Shown here: piece after piece, positions 40,195 through 49,038 of the stretch | Position numbering within the stretch: position 1 is the stretch's first letter | Layout of the letters: every line of letters begins with the position of its first letter | Assembly (NCBI GenBank): GCA_030650195.1 | Contig: JAUSEP010000041.1 | Coordinates: forward strand, 1 to 49,038 | Source: Candidatus Berkelbacteria bacterium | GTDB lineage: Bacteria; Patescibacteriota; UBA1384; 2-12-FULL-50-11 | DNA: 49,038 bases | Direction of reading: 5' to 3' | The notes under the pieces: model-generated | The model's input: only the letters and a program-made list of their open reading frames with translations | What the model was told of the DNA's origin: nothing | Databases searched by the model: none | Made by a program: the position numbers and the translations under genes

Positions 40195-41366
40195 TGAAAT
40201 ATAATTACCAGCAATTTAAAGATTTACTACCAGAATTGAACTGGACGATAGGGGAGTTAGCAGAAAAGTTGTCTTTGGCTGGACATGAAACTGAGATCAC
40301 AGGCAACGATCAGCTCGACGTAACATTAACTGCAAACCGTCACGACTGCCAAGATTTGAAACACTTAGTTTTTGATTTAGCTGGAGTTTATAAACTCAAG
40401 ACCATTCCGAGCTTAATCCAATACGGTCATAAGGAAAGAATCTTGGTAACTGCAGAGCAGATAAATCATCTAATCGGGACTAATGCATCTAACCAAGATC
40501 TAAAGAAGCTAGAATTGCTGGGATTCAAAGTCGAGAATGATGCCGTTACGCCGCCTGACTTTCGTGATGTTGTAACAGTAGCTGACGTGGCGGAAGAAGT
40601 AGTCCGACAGTTGGGGTACGACAGACTGACCATCCAGCCATTAAGTAAAGAAGGTGCCGACGAATCCGATACCTACCAACACACTCTTTCACTAAAGATT
40701 GTACTAGCTAGCATCGGTTTATTTGAAACTGCAACTTATTCGTTTACTAAGGAGGGGGTTATCGAAATCGAAGATCCTTTTTCACGAGACGAACCATTTC
40801 TACGATCAAATTTACAGACAGGCCTGCTTAAAACATTAGCCCGCAATCCATATCTAAAACGGGCGGCCTTTTTTGAGGTTGGAAATGTATTCACACCGGA
40901 AGAAGTTACGAAACTAGGAATATTAATCGCTGGGTACAAAGATATTAGTTCCTGGCAAACTGGAATATCTCAAGCAATCGGAAAGGAAGTTATGTCTTCT
41001 GAAATCCAACCAGAAATAGCAGAAACACTTGACGTTAAGCAAGGTCGCCTGAACTATTATGAGATCCCGATAGACGATCTTAAGCCAGTTAAACTAGAGC
41101 GTACTAGATCTCTTGATCTACCTCTTCCTAAGTTTAAATTGATCAGTAAGTTTCCGCCCCTTGTACGGGACGTGACTGTAGAAAATCCGGTAAGTGACAC
41201 TATGGATGCATTGAGAAAACTTGAAGGTCTAATGTTCGTTGAAAATGTAGATGAATACCAAGGGCGTATTACCTACAGATTAATTTTTCAAAAAATGTCT
41301 GGTAGCTATTCAGAGACAGAGATTAAAGCTATCGACAAATCCCTCGAGAGTTTTCAGCAACGTTAA
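40194..41366 (+). CDS. pheT: Phenylalanine--tRNA ligase beta subunit (strongly shortened, 390 aa)
   Basis: Its ATG overlaps the pheS TAA. The C-terminal KFPPLVRDVTVE motif resembles the PheT anticodon-binding end, and a B5-like middle region is present. This is a position-based call. Confidence 0.75.
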   Translation: MKYNYQQFKDLLPELNWTIGELAEKLSLAGHETEITGNDQLDVTLTANRHDCQDLKHLVFDLAGVYKLKTIPSLIQYGHKERILVTAEQINHLIGTNASNQDLKKLELLGFKVENDAVTPPDFRDVVTVADVAEEVVRQLGYDRLTIQPLSKEGADESDTYQHTLSLKIVLASIGLFETATYSFTKEGVIEIEDPFSRDEPFLRSNLQTGLLKTLARNPYLKRAAFFEVGNVFTPEEVTKLGILIAGYKDISSWQTGISQAIGKEVMSSEIQPEIAETLDVKQGRLNYYEIPIDDLKPVKLERTRSLDLPLPKFKLISKFPPLVRDVTVENPVSDTMDALRKLEGLMFVENVDEYQGRITYRLIFQKMSGSYSETEIKAIDKSLESFQQR

Positions 41367-41385
41367 TTACAGGTAAACTAGAAGC

Positions 41386-42765
41386 ATGCAGAGAATATTA
41401 AGTAACCAAGTTAATGATTTGGTCGGCAAGACCGTGATGATGCAGGGCTGGGCTCAAACAGTTCGCGCCCATGCTAAGGTAGTTTTTATCGACTTACGAG
41501 ACCGAACCGGGCTAACGCAACTCGTTATAACTGGAGAACTAGTCGAAAAAGCTAAAGGAATTGCGAACGAATCTGTAATTACTATTGAAGGCACTGTGAC
41601 CGAAAGACCACAATCACTCATTAATGCTAATATCGCCTCTGGGAAAGTAGAAGTTCAGGTTAAAGAGATTTCGATAGAGACGGTAGCTGAACCTCTTCCT
41701 TTCCCACTAACCGAAGAAAAAGTTTCCGAGGAGGTTAGGCTTAAGTATCGGTACTTAGATATCCGTAGGAAAAAACTTGCAGACAATTTACGTACTCGTT
41801 CGGCAGCAAACCAATTTATACGTACGTTTCTCCTAAAAAAAGATTTTGTTGAGGTTGAAACTCCATACATCTCCAAATCTACTCCCGAGGGTGCCCGTGA
41901 CTACTTGGTACCAAGCCGAATTGAACCAGGTAAATTCTATGCACTTCCGCAGTCGCCGCAGCAGTACAAGCAACTCTTGATGGTTGCTGGTCTCGAACGT
42001 TACTTCCAGATTGCCCGCTGTTTCCGTGACGAGGATTCGCGAGGAGATAGGCAACCGGAATTTACCCAGCTCGACCTAGAGATGTCGTTCACTAACCGTG
42101 ACGAAGTTATGGAACTGGTAGAAAATTTATTCACCTCTCTTGTAAAAGAACTTTTCCCAGAAAAAGTCTTTACCTTTGATAAATTTCCTCATCTTAAGTA
42201 TGCGGATGTAATGAAAGAATATGATTCTGATAAACCAGACCTGCGTAAGGACAAGAGTAACGACGACGAGCTAGCCTTCGCCTTCATAGTTGATTTTCCG
42301 CTCTTTGAATGGAAAGAATCTGAAGGTCGATATGATGCGACTCATCACCCATTCACTAGCCCGACTCCCGAATACGAGAATAGCTTCGAGAAGAAGCCTA
42401 AGGAGGCCCTTTCGCTACAGTACGACCTAGTACTAAATGGCTCTGAGGTTGCTGGTGGAAGCATACGTATCCATAAACCAGAAGTGTTAGAGCGCGTTTT
42501 CTCTTTTATGGGCCACTCTAAAGAGGGGATCCAGGCTAAGTTCGGTCATCTCCTTGAAGCTTTTCGTTACGGCGTACCGCCACACGGTGGTATAGCACCG
42601 GGGCTAGATCGTCTTTATACAATCCTCCTTAAAGAGGAGTCCATCCGTGACGTAATAGCATTCCCGAAAACCGGGGACGGACATGACCTACTGATGAATG
42701 CCCCAAGCGAAGTGGACGAAAGTCAGCTTAAAGAACTAGGACTCCAGATACGACCCAAAAAGTGA
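41386..42765 (+). CDS. aspS: Aspartate--tRNA ligase, bacterial-type core lacking the GAD insertion
   Basis: LPQSPQQYKQLLMVAGLERYFQIARCFRDEDSRGDRQPEFTQLDLEMSF, GGSIRIH, GIAPGLDRL. 459 aa. Confidence 0.93.
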   Translation: MQRILSNQVNDLVGKTVMMQGWAQTVRAHAKVVFIDLRDRTGLTQLVITGELVEKAKGIANESVITIEGTVTERPQSLINANIASGKVEVQVKEISIETVAEPLPFPLTEEKVSEEVRLKYRYLDIRRKKLADNLRTRSAANQFIRTFLLKKDFVEVETPYISKSTPEGARDYLVPSRIEPGKFYALPQSPQQYKQLLMVAGLERYFQIARCFRDEDSRGDRQPEFTQLDLEMSFTNRDEVMELVENLFTSLVKELFPEKVFTFDKFPHLKYADVMKEYDSDKPDLRKDKSNDDELAFAFIVDFPLFEWKESEGRYDATHHPFTSPTPEYENSFEKKPKEALSLQYDLVLNGSEVAGGSIRIHKPEVLERVFSFMGHSKEGIQAKFGHLLEAFRYGVPPHGGIAPGLDRLYTILLKEESIRDVIAFPKTGDGHDLLMNAPSEVDESQLKELGLQIRPKK

Positions 42766-42766
42766 G

Positions 42767-43762
42767 ATGCAGTTCGCATCCAACACAGATACTCGTAAAA
42801 GTCCGATATCAAAATTTATTGGAATTGGGTTATTGCTTTTAGCTGTTGTTTTAATTAGTCCCAAACCAAACTCAAGTGCACTAGTGTCAGGCTCTAGCTC
42901 AAACCAACCTACAGATTCTAGTTTATCTGAACAGTTAAATTCGATAGAAGACTACGTAACCCTGAGCCCCAAGGCTAAGAAACCACTCATTTATGCCAAG
43001 CAGTACGTTCTTCTGGACGCAGACACTGCCGAAGTTATAGTGTCGCAAGGAGAAGACACACCCGTTCCCATTGCTTCTACGACGAAGATGACCACCGCGC
43101 TCGTTGCTCTCTCTAAGTTACCTCTAGACAAGATAATTACCGTATCTAATAAGCCACAGACCATACAGGGCTCAAAAATCGGTCTGAAAAGCGGGGAAAA
43201 GATTACAGTTCGTAGCCTTATTCAGGGGCTGCTGATCTACTCTGGAAACGACGCTGCGTTTGCCTTGGCTGAAGCTTACGCAGACGAGCCAGGTAATTAC
43301 ACCCTGTTTGTTAAGGCTATGAATGATTTTGCTACTTCTAATCACTTAACTCACACCACCTATGGTGATCCTGCCGGATTAGACGATGAAGTTGGAAGAT
43401 CTACTCCTCGAGAATTGGCCAATGTTGCTCGGATGTTATTGCAAGAACCCTTCTTAGCTAAAACAGTGGCGACGCAAGAGCTTACGATCACTTCAATAGA
43501 TGGTTTAATCTCACACCCTCTCAAAAACACTAACCGTTTGATTATTCCCGACAGCCCGTACTACCTATCAAATACACTCGGTGTAAAAACTGGCTTCACG
43601 CTAGATGCTGGGCATTCACTAGTTTCTGCCTATAAGTGGCAAGATAGAGTCTTAATAGGCGTAGTAATGAATACAACCGAATCTACCAACGTTGCTTCAG
43701 CACAAGAGATGAACAAACTCTTTCGTTGGGCTGATACATCGTTGATACTTAGACAATACTAA
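42767..43762 (+). CDS. D-alanyl-D-alanine carboxypeptidase (PBP5/6-like, peptidase S11)
   Basis: SxxK is present (ASTTKM), as are SxN (YSGND) and KTG (VKTGFT). It has an N-terminal TM/signal helix. Confidence 0.85.
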   Translation: MQFASNTDTRKSPISKFIGIGLLLLAVVLISPKPNSSALVSGSSSNQPTDSSLSEQLNSIEDYVTLSPKAKKPLIYAKQYVLLDADTAEVIVSQGEDTPVPIASTTKMTTALVALSKLPLDKIITVSNKPQTIQGSKIGLKSGEKITVRSLIQGLLIYSGNDAAFALAEAYADEPGNYTLFVKAMNDFATSNHLTHTTYGDPAGLDDEVGRSTPRELANVARMLLQEPFLAKTVATQELTITSIDGLISHPLKNTNRLIIPDSPYYLSNTLGVKTGFTLDAGHSLVSAYKWQDRVLIGVVMNTTESTNVASAQEMNKLFRWADTSLILRQY

Positions 43763-43772
43763 TTTGCGCCCC

Positions 43773-43800
43773 TTGACAAACCTGTCTACGAGTATATTAA
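43773..43800 (+). promoter_or_regulatory. Candidate promoter for 43868..44563
   Basis: TTGACA (43773..43778), a 16-nt spacer, then TATTAA (43795..43800). AAAGGAG serves as the SD before the ATG. Confidence 0.4.
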
Positions 43801-43867
43801 TAGGGAATTAACAAACAAGCGGTTGTAAATGTAAAAAATTACAAACAACCTTAAGAAAGGAGCATGA

Positions 43868-44563
<696 letters not shown>

Positions 44564-44580
44564 ACTTAGTAAGTTAAAAC

Positions 44581-44607
44581 AAAAAAGGGCCGAAAAGGCC
44601 CTTTTTT
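44581..44607. terminator. Bidirectional intrinsic terminator between convergent genes
   Basis: AAAAAA-GGGCC-GAAAA-GGCCC-TTTTTT. Confidence 0.8.
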
Positions 44608-44623
44608 GTTATCTGCAAAATTA

Positions 44624-45304
44624 TTAATCAAACTCTTTGATGGCTTCGCTAGCCGCTGCTGTTTCAGCCTTCTGTTTCGAAGAACCCGTACCTTGAGCTA
44701 GAAGCTTCCTATTAACATAAACTCCTACCGTGAATACCTTTGTGTGATCTGGCCCTTCTTCTCCTATAACTCGGTATTCTGGTGTCGAGCCCATTTTCTC
44801 CTGTGAAAGCTCTTGAAGACGAGATTTCGGATCAATATAGAGTTTCTTTTCAATGATTTCAGGCAAAAGAGCGATCAGATGATGGGCGATAAACTTAGCG
44901 GACTCTTCGTAACCTGCGTCCAAATAGATAGCCCCTATTAAGGCTTCGAATGTATTGGCTAAAATTAAAGTTCTTGTTCTTCCGCCAGACTTGTCTTCTC
45001 CGCGACTGAGAAATAGAAATTCGCCCAGCTCTAATTCACCAGCCACACGAGCTAAGATTTCGCCTCGAACAATAGAACTTCTCCAGTTAGTAAGTTCTCC
45101 TTCAGGATTAGTAAAATTCTTATAAAGGTAGTCTGTTACAACCAATTCAAGTACCGCATCTCCCAAGAACTCTAAACGTTCATTATGTTCAAGATCAGAG
45201 GTACCAGCTTCGTTAAGGTAAGAGCGGTGCGTAAAAACCATCTCTAGCAAACGTTCGTCTTTGAAATGAAGACCTGTTTGTTTTTCGAACTTCTTTATAT
45301 CCAT
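44624..45304 (-). CDS. rnc: Ribonuclease III
   Basis: The signature is ERLEFLGDAVLELVV. It has a C-terminal dsRBD (GPDHTKVFTVGV...GTGSSKQKAE). Confidence 0.95.
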   Translation of the reverse strand: MDIKKFEKQTGLHFKDERLLEMVFTHRSYLNEAGTSDLEHNERLEFLGDAVLELVVTDYLYKNFTNPEGELTNWRSSIVRGEILARVAGELELGEFLFLSRGEDKSGGRTRTLILANTFEALIGAIYLDAGYEESAKFIAHHLIALLPEIIEKKLYIDPKSRLQELSQEKMGSTPEYRVIGEEGPDHTKVFTVGVYVNRKLLAQGTGSSKQKAETAAASEAIKEFD

Positions 45305-45320
45305 ACTTGATGACAGTTAA

Positions 45321-45779
45321 TCACTTCGTTTGTTCAGCATCTACTTTGGGTTTATCGTCTTCCTCGGTATAACGATCGCTTTGGCGGTAGAGTGTGCCCA
45401 AAACACCGTTAATAAACTTCGAGGAATTCTCTCCACCAAAGGTTTTAGCGATTTCAACTGCCTCGTTTATAGCAACCTTAGGTGGAATGTCTTGGTCTTT
45501 AAGCAGTTCGTACCCAGCAAGGCGTAAGATACTCTTGTCGATAACTGAAATCTGATCAAGCGGCCATTCCGGCGCAGCCTTCTCAATCAAACCATCAATT
45601 TCCTCAACGGCTGCTGCTGTACCCTTTATAACACGGTCAAGGTATTCAATATCAACATCTTTCTCAACTGGTTTCATAACACGGTGGGTTATCTCTAGAA
45701 CATCGCTATCTGGATGAAAATTCCATTCGTATAACGACTGCATAGCAATCGTTCTTGAGAGATGACGGTTAACCGACAT
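45321..45779 (-). CDS. nusB: Transcription antitermination factor NusB
   Basis: RTIAMQSLYEW...ILRLAGYELL...PPKVAINEAVEIAK. Confidence 0.9.
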   Translation of the reverse strand: MSVNRHLSRTIAMQSLYEWNFHPDSDVLEITHRVMKPVEKDVDIEYLDRVIKGTAAAVEEIDGLIEKAAPEWPLDQISVIDKSILRLAGYELLKDQDIPPKVAINEAVEIAKTFGGENSSKFINGVLGTLYRQSDRYTEEDDKPKVDAEQTK

Positions 45780-45780
45780 T

Positions 45781-45993
45781 TTACTTAGATGGCTTTTCTT
45801 CGTTCAGGATTCTTTTGACTTTGGCAAGTCGTGTAACTTTACCACCGTACCAGCCGCAATGCGGACAGAGAGTGTGAGGCAAAATTACTTCCTTACAGTT
45901 ACTACAGCGGGCCATGCCAGTACCAGGCACAGCGTAAGTGCTGCGTCTTAAATTCGTTCGAGTTTTAGATAATTTCTTTTTCGGCTCTGCCAT
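45781..45993 (-). CDS. rpmF: 50S ribosomal protein L32
   Basis: MAEPKKKLSKTRTNLRRS...CSNC...CPHCG. Confidence 0.9.
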   Translation of the reverse strand: MAEPKKKLSKTRTNLRRSTYAVPGTGMARCSNCKEVILPHTLCPHCGWYGGKVTRLAKVKRILNEEKPSK

Positions 45994-46027
45994 TTACATA
46001 AATCTTACCAAATTTCTCCTGTTGTGA

Positions 46028-48406
46028 CTACCCTCGAGTAATAATATTGAGTAACTCACCTTTTTTGTAGATTGTCCGCTTAATCTCTTGGCCTCCAAGC
46101 TTTTGTGAAAACTGTGGCATATCTTTAATTAGTTTCAAGAGTTTTTCTTCTGTCATATTCTCATCAATATCAATCTCATCAATAAACTTTTGGTCTATTA
46201 GTATCTTAACCTTAGGAACGGAATTGGCTGTTCCAAAGGATTTTGGCCAGTGAGTCAAGAAGACCGATTCTTTATGGCCAAGATCTGCCCAAAGTTCTTC
46301 GGATATAAATGGGAAAGCCGGAGAGAGGGTAACAACTAGTCGTTCCAAAACAGTTTTATTAACGGCTTTTGAGCTATTAAGAGAGTTTACAAAGATCATT
46401 GCTTCACTAAGAACCGTGTTTAATCTAAAATCTTTCATCATTGCGTTAATCTTGGTCAAATATTGATCAAACAACGATTCCTGATCATCGTTACTATCAT
46501 TGCTAACTTTGCTAGTTAGACTATAAAGCTTGATTAAAAACCTATGCACCCCATTAATACCACGAGGATTCCAGTCAAGAGAATTCTCCATCGGCCCTAG
46601 AAACAATTCGTAACCTCTTAAGGCATCAGTACCGTAGTGCTCAACCAGGGGATCGGGTGAGACTATATTACCTTTACTTTTACTCATCTTGGCGCCATTC
46701 AAGCCAACCATTCCGATATTAAAAAGTTTTTGGAACGGTTCGGGGTTATCTATCTTGATATATTCATGTCTGACTAAAAACCGGTAAACGAACCTGGCGT
46801 AAAGTAGGTGTAAGATTGCATGTTCAATACCACCTATGTATAGATCGACTGGGAGCCATTTGGCAATTAACTTTGGATCAAATGGTCGGCTTTGATCGTC
46901 TGGTGATAGGAACCTAAGGTAATACCAAGATGAGTCAACGAACGTGTCTAATGTATCTGTTTCAAAGTGCCAACCCTTTCCGTAAAGTTGCTCGGCTCGA
47001 GCCCTAAACTCCTTAGAGCGTGAAATTGGACTTTCTCCTCCCGGCTGAAAATCAACATCGGTTGGAAGCAGAATCGGTAGGTGCTCATCCTTAACGGCAT
47101 GAGGGGTGCCTTCGGGGTCATAGACTATTGGAATAGGGGCTCCCCAGTAACGCTGACGAGAGACTAACCAGTCCCGTAAGCGGTAATTTACTGTTGGTCC
47201 GCCAATCCCACGAGCTTCTAAGTCTTTAGCGATCTTATTGGCTGCCTCAATACTTTCTAAACCGTCATAAATACCAGAGTTGACTAACTTGCCATCACCC
47301 TCATATGGCAAATCGTCGGCTGACTCCACTACCGGTAAGGTTGGTATCTGATGCCCCTTTGCAAATTCGTAATCCCGTTCATCGTGTGCCGGAACCAACA
47401 TCAGCGCTCCTGTGCCGTAGTTGGGTAAGACATAATCAGCTACCCAGATCGGAATTTGTTTATGTGTTAGTGGATGTAGAGCGTAGCCACCCGTAAATAC
47501 TCCCGTTTTAGTTTGGTCAGTGTTTTTCTGTCGGTCTAGCTCAGTTCGTTCTTTGGATTGCTCGACGTACTGCAAAACTGAATTTTGGAACTCTTTGGTA
47601 GTAACATTCTCAACGTCTGGATGCTCTGGCGCTAACACTAGAGATGTTACACCAAATAATGTATCTACGCGGGTAGTAAAAACTTTTAATGAAACTTTGT
47701 CGGCATGGAATACCACATATGCCCCGTCCGATCTACCGATCCAATTTTTTTGAAGAAGTTTTACATTCTCTGGCCATTCAAGAGTTTCTAGACCGTCCAG
47801 TAGCTCTTCGGCAAAGTCGGTAATCTTTAAGTACCATTGGGAGAGTTGTTTTTTAGTCACTTTCATTCCGCACCGTTCGCAACAACCATTAACAACCTGT
47901 TCATTAGCCAAAACAGTCTGGTCTTTAGGGCACCAATTAACCCAGGAATTGCGTTTCTCGGCTAACCCATGCTTGAAAAACTGCAAAAATAGCCATTGAG
48001 TCCATTTGTAATAACCTGGATCAGAAGTATCTATCGTCTTTGTCCAGTCGTACATCGCACCTATCGCCTTAAGTTGGTTAATAAAGACTGGAATTGTCTT
48101 AGCGTTATATTCTTTAGGATGAGATTTGTTTTTAATCGCAGCGTTTTCTGCAGGTAACCCAAAAGCATCAAAACCCATTGGGTGTAAGACAGTCTTGCCT
48201 TGCAGACGGTAGTAACGAGCAAAATAATCACTTAAGACGTACCCTCTCCAGTGACCAACGTGTAAACCCTCACCAGAAGGATAGGGGAACATATCTAGAC
48301 AGTAAAACCCATTTTCAACTTTAGCGGGATCGACTTCGTCTAGTTTCTGCTCCTCCCAAACCTTGCGCCACTTTTTTTCAATTTCTTTGTGATCGTAGCT
48401 TTGCAT
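46028..48406 (-). CDS. leuS: Leucine--tRNA ligase
   Basis: FPYPSGEGLHVGH (HIGH), KMSKSKGN (KMSKS). 792 aa. Confidence 0.97.
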   Translation of the reverse strand: MQSYDHKEIEKKWRKVWEEQKLDEVDPAKVENGFYCLDMFPYPSGEGLHVGHWRGYVLSDYFARYYRLQGKTVLHPMGFDAFGLPAENAAIKNKSHPKEYNAKTIPVFINQLKAIGAMYDWTKTIDTSDPGYYKWTQWLFLQFFKHGLAEKRNSWVNWCPKDQTVLANEQVVNGCCERCGMKVTKKQLSQWYLKITDFAEELLDGLETLEWPENVKLLQKNWIGRSDGAYVVFHADKVSLKVFTTRVDTLFGVTSLVLAPEHPDVENVTTKEFQNSVLQYVEQSKERTELDRQKNTDQTKTGVFTGGYALHPLTHKQIPIWVADYVLPNYGTGALMLVPAHDERDYEFAKGHQIPTLPVVESADDLPYEGDGKLVNSGIYDGLESIEAANKIAKDLEARGIGGPTVNYRLRDWLVSRQRYWGAPIPIVYDPEGTPHAVKDEHLPILLPTDVDFQPGGESPISRSKEFRARAEQLYGKGWHFETDTLDTFVDSSWYYLRFLSPDDQSRPFDPKLIAKWLPVDLYIGGIEHAILHLLYARFVYRFLVRHEYIKIDNPEPFQKLFNIGMVGLNGAKMSKSKGNIVSPDPLVEHYGTDALRGYELFLGPMENSLDWNPRGINGVHRFLIKLYSLTSKVSNDSNDDQESLFDQYLTKINAMMKDFRLNTVLSEAMIFVNSLNSSKAVNKTVLERLVVTLSPAFPFISEELWADLGHKESVFLTHWPKSFGTANSVPKVKILIDQKFIDEIDIDENMTEEKLLKLIKDMPQFSQKLGGQEIKRTIYKKGELLNIITRG

Positions 48407-48505
48407 TGTTCAATTGTACCTGAAAATTAGATTTTTTAACCGCTTGCATTTTATATCTAGGGGAGCAATATTAAATTATATAAAGTAGGGGAGGAGGTGA
48501 GATAG

Positions 48506-48736
48506 ATGAAAATGTCAGGAATGGATTGGGTGGTATGGATCCTGCTTTTTGTTGGTGGCCTCAACTGGGGGCTGGTCGGGTTCTTTAACTACGACCTCGT
48601 TGCCAACATCTTTGGAGGAGGAGATATGACCGCTATGGTTCCACGTGTTATATACGCGCTGGTTGGCTTAGCGGCGTTATGGAGTTTGTTCTCAGTCTTC
48701 ATGAAGGGGAGCAAAGACAATAGTTCGGTAATGTAG
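48506..48736 (+). CDS. DUF378-family small membrane protein
   Basis: GGLNWGLVGFFNYDLVANIFGG is typical of DUF378. GGAGGAGG serves as the SD. Confidence 0.8.
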   Translation: MKMSGMDWVVWILLFVGGLNWGLVGFFNYDLVANIFGGGDMTAMVPRVIYALVGLAALWSLFSVFMKGSKDNSSVM

Positions 48737-48760
48737 TAACTTTCTAGATCTAGAATGTGG

Positions 48761-48792
48761 CATAAGCACTGCGAAAGCGGTGCTTATGTTTA
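48761..48792 (+). terminator. Intrinsic terminator after the DUF378 gene
   Basis: The 9-bp stem pairs CATAAGCAC with GTGCTTATG around a 10-nt loop, followed by TTTAT. Confidence 0.55.
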
Positions 48793-48844
48793 TACCCTCA
48801 TAAATGTAGGCAACTACGCCAGATGTAAGCTATGATTAGCCAAG

Positions 48845-49038
48845 ATGTTTATGATTGTCTGGCGCACTCTAAGTAAAGATTTTAGTCGACTAGCTTTGAG
48901 CATTGCGGGTGTTAGCCTTTCAGTAACACTTATGCTGACGATGATGGGAATCTATAACGGTTCGCTAATGCGTGATGTCAAATTCATAAAGGAGATAAAT
49001 ACAGATATATTCGTGTTCCCCAAAGGAATTAGTGCCTA
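48845..49038 (+). CDS. ABC transporter permease, FtsX/MacB-like (3'-truncated by window end)
   Basis: Hand translation: MFMIVWRTLSKDFSRLALSIAGVSLSVTLMLTMMGIYNG... This matches the typical N-terminus plus first TM of FtsX-like permeases. The frame is open to the window edge. Confidence 0.55.
   Translation, partial: MFMIVWRTLSKDFSRLALSIAGVSLSVTLMLTMMGIYNGSLMRDVKFIKEINTDIFVFPKGISA

Overview
This is a compact, almost fully coding bacterial segment using the standard genetic code. It is dominated by the transcription/translation superoperon: rpoB-rpoC-rpsL-rpsG-fusA, then tuf-rpsJ, then rplC through rplO-secY-adk-map-infA-rpmJ-rpsM-rpsK-rpsD-rpoA-rplQ-rplM-rpsI. Downstream lie a DedA-like membrane protein, a PolB-exo-like exonuclease, rbfA, pheS/pheT, aspS, a DD-carboxypeptidase, and a convergent leuS-rpmF-nusB-rnc block. 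The 5' end carries a cluster of two paralogous secreted proteins and three small membrane proteins, plus obg and a TolB-like lipoprotein. Several features suggest a reduced-genome lineage such as CPR/Patescibacteria; this is an inference, not a database result. They are: no L30 gene between rpsE and rplO, a minimal PheRS, an AspRS without the GAD insertion, an RpoA without an alpha-CTD, short S4 and Obg, and many 1-8 nt gene overlaps. Most of the window is ordinary housekeeping. The most unusual region is a 3.2 kb insertion that splits the S10 operon between rpsJ and rplC (18898..22073). Its second half (20578..22073) is nearly ORF-free. It reads as three tandem minus-strand transcription units, each ending in an intrinsic terminator. 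The first is an orphan 132-aa CxxC...CxxC ORF with a near-consensus promoter and SD. The second is a ~470-nt hairpin-rich non-coding segment. The third is a ~110-nt promoter-to-terminator candidate sRNA whose three hairpin loops all display UCGCGA. I could not assign these RNAs to any known family. I recognised no CRISPR array, rRNA, tRNA, transposase or integrase.
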